The notes beneath the pieces were generated by a model, which was not told the DNA's origin, searched no databases, and worked only from the letters and a program-made list of their open reading frames with translations. Positions 9,852 to 20,408 of a stretch of DNA of 64,000 bases are shown here, piece by piece. Every line of letters starts with the position of its first letter. The stretch's first letter is position 1. The DNA comes from an uncultured Gemmatimonadaceae bacterium (GTDB lineage: Bacteria > Gemmatimonadota > Gemmatimonadetes > Gemmatimonadales > Gemmatimonadaceae): assembly GCA_963781585.1 (NCBI GenBank), contig CAWAGQ010000012.1, positions 14,307 through 78,306 of the forward strand, in the 5' to 3' direction. The position numbers and the translations under genes were made by a program.

Positions 9852-10895
9852 TCACGCGGCCTTGCGCAGTGCGAGGCCGATGGGGAGCATGAGAAGGGGC
9901 GCCACCTCGTCGGTCACCAACCCGTCGAGGGCGCCGTCGCGAACACGGAGGTTGGCCAGGGGATTGGCCTGCTCCACCGGAAGGCGCAGCCGGCGTCCGA
10001 GCGCCTCGGCCAGACCGGGGACGCGTGAGCCGCCGCCGCAGAGGTACACGGCGCGCATCTGGCTGCCGGTCCGCGACGAGGAGGCCAGAAACGCCGCCGC
10101 CCGCTCGACGCCAACCGCGATCTCCTCGCCCCGCCCTTCGATGACGGCGTCGAGGTGCGGCGAGCGGTCATAGCCCTGCAGCAACGACTCCGCTTCCTCG
10201 GCGCCGAGGCCGCGCTCCCGCTGCAGGTCCTCGCGAAACCGCCGCGTCCCGACCGTGATGTCGCGGGTGAGGATCGGCACTCCCTCGTCGAGGATGTTGA
10301 TGTTGGTGACTTCGTGTCCGATGTTGATCAGCCCCACCACGCCGCTCATCGCGTCGGGATGATTGACCTCGAACGCGTTGTGGAGGGCGAATGCATCGAC
10401 GTCCACCACCGACACGTTCAACCCTGCGTCGGACAGCAGCCGGATCTTCGATTCGATCAGGTCGCGCTTGGCGGCCACCAGCAGCACGCTCATGTCCATG
10501 CCGTCGCCTTCGGGATCGAGGATCTGGAAGTCCAGCTCCACCGACTCCATGTCGAACGGCACGTGCTGCTCGGCCTCCCAGCGCATCAGCTCGCGCGCCT
10601 GTTGATCCTTCACGCGCTCGATCTGGATTTTCTTGATGATGACGTCGCGCCCGCCGACCGCGGTGACGACGTCGTGTGATTTCACGCCGGACTGCTCGAG
10701 CGCCGACCGGATCGCGTCGGTGACGATGCCCGGGTCCATCACCTCGCCCTCGACGATGGCGTCGGCCAGGAGGGGGGTGATCACGACGCGCGCCAGTTCC
10801 GGCTCACCTGGTCCGTGTTCCACGACCGCGACCTTGATGAGTCCTGAACCGACGTCGAGTCCGATCGTCGTCTTTTTGCGACCGAAGAGCGCCAT
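9852..10895 (-). CDS. pilM: type IV pilus assembly protein PilM
   Basis: Start MALFGRKKTTIGLDVGS; actin-like fold motifs, EAEQHVPF, LCGGGS, IGLALR. Confidence 0.96.
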   Translation of the reverse strand: MALFGRKKTTIGLDVGSGLIKVAVVEHGPGEPELARVVITPLLADAIVEGEVMDPGIVTDAIRSALEQSGVKSHDVVTAVGGRDVIIKKIQIERVKDQQARELMRWEAEQHVPFDMESVELDFQILDPEGDGMDMSVLLVAAKRDLIESKIRLLSDAGLNVSVVDVDAFALHNAFEVNHPDAMSGVVGLINIGHEVTNINILDEGVPILTRDITVGTRRFREDLQRERGLGAEEAESLLQGYDRSPHLDAVIEGRGEEIAVGVERAAAFLASSSRTGSQMRAVYLCGGGSRVPGLAEALGRRLRLPVEQANPLANLRVRDGALDGLVTDEVAPLLMLPIGLALRKAA

Positions 10896-11318
10896 AACGA
10901 GTTGGCCGAGTGCGGTGTGAATCCGATGCCGGGAATCGCGGGAGCGCGAGCTCGGCGTGGTCTTTTCGTGTGCGTCGTGCGAAGGCGTCGGCGGATCCGG
11001 CAACTCCGCATAACGAGGGGATCAGCGCGGCCGGGAACGCGAGCCTTCAGTTGAGACGCTGCGGCGACATTGCCGGCGCGGCGCGAACGGAGAGGGCACT
11101 TTGTCCCGTCGGTCGGTCGATTCTGCCATGTACACGACCGTCCCTGAGGGGGAGTAACAGCAGAGTGCGGCGCGCGTTGCGAATTCCCGCAGGGGTGAGC
11201 AGGATCACCTTGCGGCGGTGACGGTATGGGGAGATTGGAGTCAAAAAGGCCGCTGGAGAGAGGCAACCGGCACCGCCCGGAGGCCAGGGCACACCCGCAG
11301 CACGAGGCAGTGCCGCGT

Positions 11319-12593
11319 CTACGGCAGCTCGGCCCACGCGCGTTCTTCCACGCGTTTGAGCAGCGCCGAGCCGTATAGCGCGCTCTCCAGTCCGCAGGCG
11401 GAGTACCGGATCAGCCCACCACTTCCTATGACGCTGTGGTCGCCTGGCGCCAACCGGGAATCACTCGCGAACGCCGCGCCGACAATCGATCCGCCGCCCG
11501 CCCCGGTGACGATGTCATCGCGCGCGATCACCAGCCCCACGAACGACGCGCCCGCCACCAACCGCACGTCGCCCTCGGCCAGCAGGATTCCCTGCCCCCT
11601 CCCACCAGCGATCGTCACATCGCCGCGCGCCCAGATGACCGGGAAGTAATCGGCGCAGGGCGACGCCCGGAACGGATCGCCCCAGTTGGCCGGGACGCCG
11701 CGCTGGCACGCTCCGGCTGACGCCTGGGGAGCGGGGGTCACCGAGACGTTAGGCGGCAGGACGACGTCGGCGTCGGCGGCGAGAGACTGCCAGGTCCGAT
11801 CTCCAAAGACCAGATAGCGCAGCGAGTCGGCGGCGGCCGGATCCTCCAGCCGGGGAGGAAGCCCCCGTACGTTCCCGGCGGACGCTCCGCCGCAAGTGCC
11901 GTCGCAGATGGCCAGCGTGTCAGGAGCCGCGACCCCGGCGATCGATGGCGACGGTGTCGCGCAGGACGCAATCACGCCCGGACCCGCGACTACGCTGTCG
12001 GCCCCTTCCACCCGTCCGCCGGTTTCCACTTCGACGCTGTCGCGCGCGGTCAGAGCCGCCGCCACATCCGGCTCTGCCAGATTGAGCCGGTAGAGTACGT
12101 TCACGAGCCGGCGCGCATCGGCACCGAGCGAGGCCGCGCCGGCGGTCCCCTCGCTCGCCACCCAGAACGACACCATGCTGCTGCGCGTGGCCCGAGCCAC
12201 GGCCGTGGCCCCAGCCAGGGCCGTGGTGAACGGGCCCAGCGTGCCTCCGACCGCGGTGGACAGGCTCAGGTCCGGAGTCCAGTCGCGCATGAGCGCGGTG
12301 GCCCCGTACTCTGCCGCCTCGAGCGCCTGCCGTTCGCTGAGCGCATTGTGACCGGCGCGCGCCTCCTGCATGGCGAAGAACGCCGAGCCGGCGATGAACA
12401 GCGAGACGACCGCGAGCGAAATCAGTGCCGCCGGCAGCGCGATGCCGCGACGAGGCGGCCGGCTGGCCGGCCCCGGCACGCAGGCGGCGGAGAGACTGAT
12501 CGGCTGGTCCGGCGCGACGGCGAAGATCCGATTTGCGGGAGTTCGAGTCCAGCGGGATGCCGCCCGCGAGGCGGCGTGGGTGAGCGTTTTCAT
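11319..12593 (-). CDS. pilX: PilX-like minor pilin
   Basis: RRG|IALPAALISL prepilin-like start lacking E5; ALEAAEYG motif. Confidence 0.7.
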   Translation of the reverse strand: MKTLTHAASRAASRWTRTPANRIFAVAPDQPISLSAACVPGPASRPPRRGIALPAALISLAVVSLFIAGSAFFAMQEARAGHNALSERQALEAAEYGATALMRDWTPDLSLSTAVGGTLGPFTTALAGATAVARATRSSMVSFWVASEGTAGAASLGADARRLVNVLYRLNLAEPDVAAALTARDSVEVETGGRVEGADSVVAGPGVIASCATPSPSIAGVAAPDTLAICDGTCGGASAGNVRGLPPRLEDPAAADSLRYLVFGDRTWQSLAADADVVLPPNVSVTPAPQASAGACQRGVPANWGDPFRASPCADYFPVIWARGDVTIAGGRGQGILLAEGDVRLVAGASFVGLVIARDDIVTGAGGGSIVGAAFASDSRLAPGDHSVIGSGGLIRYSACGLESALYGSALLKRVEERAWAELP

Positions 12594-13546
12594 CTGCGAT
12601 TCCTCAACGCGATGATCGATGCCAGGGAGTCGGTGCGGACCCCGCGTACCACGCCGTCCAGGCGCACTGCGCCGCGGGTCAGGGCGCGTGCCGTCACCGA
12701 CAGTCGCGCGGCCGCGGCAGGCGGGAGACCCGGCGGCAGCTGCACGCCCAGCGAGTCCCAGGCCGCGAACGCGATTCCTCCGGCGCCGGGCCGGGCGCGG
12801 TTATACGGTACCAGCCGGTCGCTCACGGGCTGAATCACGTTCCAGGCTGCTGCGGCCGGATTCCAGTCCGCCCAGCCAAGAGCGGTCTCTCCGGTAGACG
12901 TGCGATAAAGCGCGAATCGCGAAAGCCGCGTTAGGCGGACGGTCGTACCTGCCGCGATGGTGGCCGGGAGCGACGTGGCAGCACTCAACGTCAGTCGCCA
13001 CCCGACGCGGCCGGCATCGAGGACCGGATCGACGAAGGGCGTGCCGGCGCAGGCGCCCGTCAACGGTACGGCGCTGATCACCAGGGCCGGTACCCATCGG
13101 TCGTCCGATGACGCCGGCAACGCGCCTTCGTCGCGTACCCAGATCGAGTCCCCCGCCCGCGGACGGGACGCGAAGCTGGCCAGCCGCTGACCGCTGGCGA
13201 CCACGCTTGGCGCCAGATCGACGAGGGTCGGTGCCACCGCACACGCCAGGGCGCTGCCCGCCAGCGAGCGGTAGACGATGGCCGAGTCGGTGATGCCTGC
13301 GATGTCGCCGGCAGCGCTGGATGCGGACCGCAGTTCTTCGGCAATCGCGTCGTGCGCCGCGGACATCTGCGTGCGGGTCTCGAGGATGCGGTTGATGCCA
13401 TCGTGGAACCGTGCCTGCCGATCGAGGGCGCGCACCATCGCGCCGGCGACGACGCCGAACACGGCGAGCGCCACGATCAGCTCGATGAGGGAGGTGCCGC
13501 GGGGCCCTCGACGCCGCACCGCGGACCACGCCGTCACGGATCGCAT
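12590..13546 (-). CDS. pilW: PilW-like minor pilin
   Basis: RG|TSLIELIVALAV prepilin cleavage/methylation motif; 318 aa. Confidence 0.7.
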   Translation of the reverse strand: MRSVTAWSAVRRRGPRGTSLIELIVALAVFGVVAGAMVRALDRQARFHDGINRILETRTQMSAAHDAIAEELRSASSAAGDIAGITDSAIVYRSLAGSALACAVAPTLVDLAPSVVASGQRLASFASRPRAGDSIWVRDEGALPASSDDRWVPALVISAVPLTGACAGTPFVDPVLDAGRVGWRLTLSAATSLPATIAAGTTVRLTRLSRFALYRTSTGETALGWADWNPAAAAWNVIQPVSDRLVPYNRARPGAGGIAFAAWDSLGVQLPPGLPPAAAARLSVTARALTRGAVRLDGVVRGVRTDSLASIIALRNRR

Positions 13547-13941
13547 GGCAGGAGCGCGTCAAGGATGAACGTGCGGGTACGGCCGCTCCGAGCCGTGGTG
13601 AGCGTGAGGCGCACCGCCCGGCTGCGCGGCGCCGTGCTGACGGTCCAGGCGACGGTGCCGCCCACGAAGGTGTCCAGTCCGGGGGCGAGTGTCGCGCAGG
13701 GCGTGGCCCGGAGCGAGTCGAGCCGCGCTCCGGCCACTTCCGCGACATCGAGGAGTCGGCGGGCGTCGCCCGTCTGGGCGGCGATGAACGTCGCCGTGGA
13801 TGCAAGTCCCAGGATCCCGACCGCGAAGATCATGATAGCCAGGAGCACTTCGGGAAGCGTGAAGGCGGCGCGGCCATCGGCCTGGCGGGTCGCCACGAAA
13901 CGGCGTGGAAGGTGGGAGGTCATTGGCGAGGAGTATGACAT
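13534..13941 (-). CDS. pilV: PilV-like minor pilin
   Basis: A|FTLPEVLLAIMIFAVGILGL prepilin motif. Confidence 0.72.
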   Translation of the reverse strand: MSYSSPMTSHLPRRFVATRQADGRAAFTLPEVLLAIMIFAVGILGLASTATFIAAQTGDARRLLDVAEVAGARLDSLRATPCATLAPGLDTFVGGTVAWTVSTAPRSRAVRLTLTTARSGRTRTFILDALLPCDP

Positions 13942-14169
13942 CCGCGGCGCCGAAGACCGTCATCGTTTCATGGCGAGGATAAGCATGGCTCTGCATCCGC
14001 GGCCTGCAGGAGAACCCGGCGGGGCCGAGATGGCCGTCGGCCGGGCCGGCGCGTCGACTGGCGTGGGTTGCGGGCGGTGCCGATCTCTGGCCGCGCCGCG
14101 CGAGGTCGCGCGGTGGCTCGCCACTCGCGTTAGGCAGCTGGCGAGAGAATCGAACCGGCGCCGGTGTGC

Positions 14170-14208
14170 AAACGGAAGGGCGGCGGCCTTTCGGCCGCCG
14201 CCCGTTCC
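14170..14208 (-). terminator. terminator downstream of pilA
   Basis: GC-rich stem gggcggcggcc-GAAA-ggccgccgccc followed by a short T run on the minus strand. Confidence 0.65.
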
Positions 14209-14238
14209 ACCTCGTAACTGTGGGAGGGTGCTACGAGG

Positions 14239-14646
14239 CTAGTTGCACTTCGGCTCGCCGTCGACCGTAGCCGGAGCAACCACACCGACGTTGACGAACA
14301 TGGCGCACGTCTTGGTGGTGGCCGAGTGGGCCGCCGTCGCGCTCCAACCCGTCCCGCCTGTCGCCGCGGCAACCACCGTCACGCCGGCCGACGGAACGAA
14401 ACCGTTGATCGCCGCCGTACCACCAGAGTTGTTCTGGCCGGTACCCGACGTGTACACCTGGAAGTCGGCGAAGTATGCTTCCTCGGTGGTCGCCATGTTG
14501 CGAAGATCCGACTTCATCGACGCGAGGTACGCCTTCTCCTTCGTGTTCGCGAACTTCGGGATCGCGATCGCGGCCAGGATGCCGATGATCACGACGACGA
14601 TGAGAAGTTCGATCAGCGTGAAGCCCTTGCGAATCGTGTTGCGCAT
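14239..14646 (-). CDS. pilA: major type IVa pilin
   Basis: MRNTIRKG|FTLIELLIVVVIIGILAAIAIPKF; C-terminal Cys pair. Confidence 0.95.
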   Translation of the reverse strand: MRNTIRKGFTLIELLIVVVIIGILAAIAIPKFANTKEKAYLASMKSDLRNMATTEEAYFADFQVYTSGTGQNNSGGTAAINGFVPSAGVTVVAAATGGTGWSATAAHSATTKTCAMFVNVGVVAPATVDGEPKCN

Positions 14647-14714
14647 GCTTGGTCTCCGGGGGTCCCGTTGGAGGTGGATTCTGCTCGAGACGACTGCTTT
14701 GGTCTCCGTATGAG

Positions 14715-14729
14715 GCAACGCGTGGACCA
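14715..14729 (-). promoter_or_regulatory. sigma54 (-24/-12) promoter of pilA
   Basis: Minus strand TGGTCCACGCGTTGC = GG-N10-GC; a PilR-like sigma54 activator is encoded nearby. Confidence 0.7.
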
Positions 14730-14972
14730 GCAGCCGTTCCCGATTACATCTACTTGCCCTGCAATCGGTTGGACGTTTGGGCAGATCGCTCGCAGGTCGC
14801 ATTGCCCTGAGTGTTTTGCGCCCTGTCTTGCAGTCTGCCATGCCGCTCACGTCGAGTGATGCTGCCCTCCCGCCGGTTGCGCCCGCCCGGTCTTCAGCAA
14901 GCGTCAAGCACGAGCTTGAGAACACCCGCAAGACGCGACGGGAACGACGGAGGTAACGCGGATTTCGGCGCG

Positions 14973-15791
14973 TCAGCGCGGTGCGGCGTCGCTTGTGTTT
15001 CGCGTCACCGGCGGAAGCAGGTTGAAGCGCACAATGTGCCAGATCGCGGCCACGCCATCGCGCCAACCGATCTTCTTTCCCTCGGCGTACGTTCGACCGG
15101 AATAGCTGATCGGAACCTCGAAGATCCTGGCTCCAGCCTGTGCCAGACGTGCCGTCACCTCGGGCTCGAAGCCGAACCGATCCGACGTCAACGTGAGCGC
15201 GCGCGCGACATCGCCGCGAATCGCCTTGTAGCACGTCTCCATGTCGGTCAGGTTCAGGTTCGTGCACATGTTGCTGACGGTGGTGAGGATCCAGTTCCCC
15301 ACGGAGTGCCAGTAGTAGAGCACGCGATGCGGGCCGCTGAGGAACCGCGAGCCGAACACGGCGTCGGCTCTTCCCTCGATGATCGGATCGAGGAGCTGCG
15401 GCCAGTCGGCGGGATCGTATTCGAGATCGGCATCCTGCACGATGACCACGTTGCCGGTGCTCGCCCGGAGTGCGCTGCGGATCGCGGCCCCTTTTCCCTC
15501 GTTCCGCTCCTTGTGGATGAGCTGATCGATGCGGCCGTCGCGCTTGAGCCGGTCGAGCACGTCGCGGGTGCCATCGGTCGAACAGTCGTTGACGCAGATG
15601 ATCTCCATGTTCACCGGCACCGAGCGTACCTGGTCGATGATCAGCTCGATGGTGGTGCGCTCGTTGTAGACCGGAATGAGCACCGACAGGCGCACCTCGT
15701 CGGGCTCGATCGGCGTGCGGCCCCGCATGCGCGGGATCAGCCCCTCCATCGCCGCGGCGTTGAGCGGAGTCATTCGGCGGGGACTGGTCAT
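14973..15791 (-). CDS. GT2 glycosyltransferase (polyprenyl-phosphate sugar synthase-like, Dpm1/ArnC type)
   Basis: LSVLIPVYNE, NDCSTDGT, GKGAA, QDADLEYDP, TDMETCYK, FGFEPE; the ORF track fuses it to the upstream gene through a frameshift. Confidence 0.92.
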   Translation of the reverse strand: MTSPRRMTPLNAAAMEGLIPRMRGRTPIEPDEVRLSVLIPVYNERTTIELIIDQVRSVPVNMEIICVNDCSTDGTRDVLDRLKRDGRIDQLIHKERNEGKGAAIRSALRASTGNVVIVQDADLEYDPADWPQLLDPIIEGRADAVFGSRFLSGPHRVLYYWHSVGNWILTTVSNMCTNLNLTDMETCYKAIRGDVARALTLTSDRFGFEPEVTARLAQAGARIFEVPISYSGRTYAEGKKIGWRDGVAAIWHIVRFNLLPPVTRNTSDAAPR

Positions 15792-17481
15792 GGCTGGATC
15801 CGTTCGAAAACGAAAGCGTTCGGGGTGTGGCCGGCTCGCCGGAGGAGCGGATGGTCTCCGGCGGAGAGGGCGTTCGCGGCGTCGACAGCGGGCTGCCACG
15901 CGGTGATGTAGATAGCGCGGCTGGTAGCGCTCGATCACGTCGCGCACACTGGCCAGCGTCTCGGCCGCCGAGAGCGGATGGATGCGCTCCCGTGGCAGAA
16001 AGGTAGAGACGGGGACGGCCCGCCGCCCCGTGTACAGGTAGACGATGAGATCGTGCTCGGTGGACAGTACGTCATCGGGCGCGGTGTGCTGCGCCACCCA
16101 CTCGACGATCGGCTTGGCGCTCTGCCCGCCCTGCCGCTGTACCGACGCCCACCAGGCGCCGCGATACCCGCGCACGTTGTAGGTGACGTGACCAGCGACC
16201 ACGGCCGCCGACAACGCGAGCGCCGCCCAGCGCGCGGCTCGCGTCGGTCCGCGGCGCGGGCGCCAGCGCCAGAGGGTCAGGATGGCGGCGCCGGTCACCA
16301 CCGCGAGCAGCGGCCACACCGCAAGCACGAACCGGTCGGGCTCGAACGGCCAGAGCACGATCACCCCGACGTAGAACAGCGAGAAAGAGCACCGTGACCG
16401 GCGCGCGCCTGACGAGCGCGAGCAATCCGCCGAAGAAGAGCGCGACCAACGTGAGAAATGCCACGAGGTGCGGCCAGGAGGCGCGCACCGGCATGAACAG
16501 ATAGCCGAGGACGCGGTTCAGGCCCGCGACGTTGACCTGAACGACGGACCACGCGAACGGGAGGCCGCCCAGCGGTAGCCGTCGATCAGCCAGGAGCCGT
16601 ACGCGCCGTACTTGCCGGCCAGGACCGGTGGGACTTCGTGCTGATAGGCGGAGACCCAGAGCTGCCAGGGAACCAGCAGGAGGCTCGGCGCCGGCCACGA
16701 GCGCGAGCGCCGCCCGCTCATGCGCCGGCGCACCAGGAGCACCAGCGCCGCCGCCGGAACCGCCACCGCGCCGAGCGTGCGCACCAGCGCCACCACCCCA
16801 GCAGCGCGCCGCTGAGCGCGGCCATGCGCGCGTCGTCGTCGCGTGCGCTTCGCTCGGCCAGGAGCAGGGCCGGAATCAGCGACGCCATGAACAGCGGCTC
16901 CGACAGGATCACGCCGGTAATGAGCAGCACCACCACCGACAGCGTTCCGGCCAGCGCCGCGCCCGATGCGAGGAGGGGCGAGAGCCGCAAGACGCCGGCG
17001 GCAGAACTGGTAGACGCCGAGCGCGGCCAGGGACAGAAGAGCCGCGTTCGCGAACTTGAATACGACGATGTTGTCAGGGAAATCGTGGTGCCAGGCGCCA
17101 GAGCATGGCCAGCACGAGCGGGTAGCCCGGCGGATAGTGCGTGGCGTGCGGCGCGCCGGGGAGATTGATCGAGGCGGTACCCCTCACCGGTGGCCAGCGC
17201 CTTCGCCAGCACGGTGTAGATGGCGTCGTCCTCGAACACGCCGACCGGCCATGGCGTGATGGTGAGGATGGCCACCAGCAACACGATGGCGACGAGCAGG
17301 AACGGGAGGAGCTTCTGGAGTCTCGCCGCGCGTCCTCGGCGTTCCAGGCCGTCACCCGTGGTGTGGCGGCCGCCGAGCCGACGGGAGCGGGCGCTCCCAC
17401 CGGGCCGGTGATCGCGCCTGGAACCGGCGCCGGTTGTCCGACGCCCCCCCAGGGGTCGCTCGCGGCGCGTGGCGCGCTCAC
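15788..17481 (-). CDS. GT-C-like multi-pass membrane glycosyltransferase, copy 1 (several frameshifts)
   Basis: PWPVGVFEDDAIYTVLAKALATGEGYR...HYPPGYP, ILSEPLF, EPDRF; pieces lie in different frames. Confidence 0.7.
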
Positions 17482-19026
17482 TCCGGCGTCCTTTCGTAGA
17501 CGACGCCGCGCGTCAACACGGCCGCGATGCGCATGTGCGCGGGGTCGCGACGCGCCAGCTCGCGGGCCGCCATGACGCCGTAGCTGGTCGAGCACAGGAC
17601 GTAGCGCGGCTGGTAGCGCGCGATGATCCGCGCGAGCTGGTGCGGCGAAGGCGTAGGTCTGGGCTCGCAGGTACTCCTGCGGCGTGAAGGTGCCCACCGG
17701 CACGGCCCGGCGGCCGGTGTACAGGTTGAGCAGCGCGTCGTCGTCGGTGGCCAGGACGTCGTCGGGCGCGGTGTGGGTGCGCGCCCAGGCCACGAGGGGC
17801 GTGGCGCGCTCGGTGTTGGCGCGGGGGATCGTGTCCCACCAGCGCTGTCGCACGCCGCGCACGTTGTAGACGGCGAATCCGCACGCCAGGAGCGCCGCCG
17901 GGCCAGGCGGCGCCGCGGATCGCCCGGCGGCCCGGGTGCCATGGACCCAGCGGCCGTGGCGACGTTGCCGGGCAGGAGGATCCCGAACAGCGGAAGGATC
18001 GCCCACACGAACCGCGTGGGGTCGAACGGCCAGACGAGCACCAGCGACAGGTACGGCATCGATGAAGAGCAGCGTACCGGCATCCGCCGCGCGGAGCGAA
18101 CTGGCCGAGCCCGGTGAGCCAGGAGCACCGACGAGTCGCGACCGCAGGCCGGGCGCCGGCCCGGCGCCGCGGGATCCACCCCCGAGAACACTTCCCCGCC
18201 ATGTCGTCGAGCTCCGTGGAGGTTCGTCGCCACCACGCGGACCAGGAACGGGATCCCGCCGCTTCGCACCGCAGCGGCAAGCCACGCCCGTAGGCCCCGT
18301 ACTTGCCGACCAGCACCGGCGGCACCTCCGCGGCCGGTGCGCCCGCCCACAGTTGCCACGGCACGAGAAAGCGCGCCGCGCCGGGAGCGCCAGCGCCGCG
18401 CCTCGCCAGTGGCGCCGGCCGACCAGGACCATCACCAGCGCCGGAATCAGCAAGCGCCCGGCGTCCGCACCATGGCGAGGAGCCGGCGCACGCGGCCCGT
18501 CGCCGAACGCATCACGCGCTCGCCCGCCATCGGCCGCGCGCTCCGCGAGGAGCAGCGCCGGAAGCAGGAGCGCCATGAACATCGGCTCGGAGAGCACGAA
18601 CACGCCGAAGATGAGGGGCGGCGCAGCGCCACCGGCGGCGAGGCACACCACGGCAGCCCCCGCGCCGGAGATCGCCGCGCGAGTGCGCGCGAAGGAGTGA
18701 AACGTGCCGGCCGCGGCAAGGGCGAGAAAGACGGCGTTGGCGAAGGTGAACACCGCGACGTTGGACGGGAACCGCGGCGCGAACTGCCAGAGCAGTGCGA
18801 GAAACGCCGGGTATGCCGGCGGATAGTGCGTCGCGTGCGGAAGCCCGGGGATGTTCAGGTAGCGGAAGCCGTGTCCCGTCGCCAGGGCCTTTGCGAGGAC
18901 GGTGTAGATGCCGTCGTCCTGAAAGACGCCGACCGGCCACGTCGCCATGGCCGCGAGGGCCGCGAGCAGGGTGACGGCTGGCGGCGACGGGCCCGATGGC
19001 GAGCAGGCGGGGCGATGGGGCCTCAC
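17478..19026 (-). CDS. GT-C-like multi-pass membrane glycosyltransferase, copy 2 (several frameshifts)
   Basis: TWPVGVFQDDGIYTVLAKALATGHGFRYLNIPGLPHATHYPPAYP, VLSEPMF, DPTRF; paralog of the adjacent gene. Confidence 0.7.
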
Positions 19027-20408
19027 GACTCCGTTCCGAAGCGCGACAGCTTGCGGTGCAGCGTCGACGGGTCGATGCCTAACGTCTCGGCCGCCCGCGT
19101 CTTGTTCCCGCCCTCGCTCTGCAGCACCCACAGGATGTACGCCCGCTCGATGGCGTCGAGCGTGGGGTTCGGCCTGGCCCGGTCTCCACGAGCCGCTCCG
19201 GCGTCCGGCGTGCGTCACCCGCTCGGGCAGCGCTGCGGCTCGATGCGTCGCCCGTCCGTGAGGATCACGGCCCGCTCCAGCGCGTTCTCGAGCTCGCGCA
19301 CGTTGCCGGGCCAGGGATAGGACTGCACGACCTCGAGTGCGCCGCGGCGCTCAGCTGCTTCGGCGGCTCGCCGCGCTGCGCGGCCGACGCTGCAGGAACG
19401 ACTCGACGAGCAGCGGGATGTCGTCCCTGCGCTCGCGCAGCGGCGGCAGGTGGATGGCGATCACGTTGAGCCGGTAGTACAGGTCCTGGCGGAAGGTGCC
19501 GCGGCGGATCTCCTCCTCGAGGTCGCGGTTGGTGGCCGCGACCAGGCGCGTGTCGATCGGCACGGACTCGGTGGCGCCCACCGGGATGACCTTCCGCTGC
19601 TGGAGCACGCGCAGCAGCTTCACCTGCGTGGCCGGCGTCGTCTCGCCGATCTCGTCGAGGAAGAACGTGCCCTTCGCCGCCGCCGTGAACAGGCCGCGCC
19701 TTGTCCTTCACGGCGCCGGTGAACGAGCCCTTCACGTGGCCGAACAGCTCGCTCTCCAGCAGGCTCTCCGGCAGCGCGCCGCAGTTGATCGAGAGGAACG
19801 GGCCATCCGCGCGGTTGCGAGAGGTCGTGGATGTAGCGCGCGATGACCTCCTTGCCGGTGCCCGATTCGCCCTGAATCAGCACCGTCGAGTCGGTCGGCG
19901 CGACGGTCTCCGCCAGGCGCAGCACGTCGAGCCACGACTTGCTCTTCCCCACCGGCCGGCCGCCCGATGGTCGTGTCGCGGCGCCGGATCTCCTGCTTGA
20001 GCGACTTGTTCTCGACGCGCAGGTGCCGGTGCTCGGCCGCGCGCCTCAGGATCGCCAGCAGCTCGTCGTTGCGGAACGGCTTCTGGATGTAGTAGTACGC
20101 GCCCTCGTTCACCGCCTGCATCGCCGACTGCAGCGTGGCCTGCGCCGTCATGAGGATCACCGGCATGTCCGGGTCCTGCTGGCGCGCCGCGCTGAGGATC
20201 TCCAGCCCGCCCACGTCCGGCATGCGCACGTCGCTGAGCACGATGTCCGGCGCGAGCGACGTCGATCTGCTCGAGCCCCTGCTTGCCGCCCAGCGCGACG
20301 TGCGGCGTGAAGCCCTCGTTCTTGAGCAGGATGCGGAGCGACTCGAGGATGCCCGCCTCGTCGTCGACGACGAGGACGCTCGGTCCGTTGCCGTGCGCGG
20401 TCGGTCAT
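19023..20408 (-). CDS. pilR: sigma54-dependent response regulator, PilR-like (frameshifted)
   Basis: Receiver [56 protein letters not shown]; Fis [15 protein letters not shown]. Confidence 0.88.

Noticed and set aside
14239..14646. Conductive e-pilin (N-terminus resembles Geobacter PilA)
   Set aside because: Aromatics at mature positions 1, 24, 32, 50, 51, 54 and 57 but Thr at 27, and only about 11 of 127 residues aromatic including His. The similarity is general to type IVa pilins.
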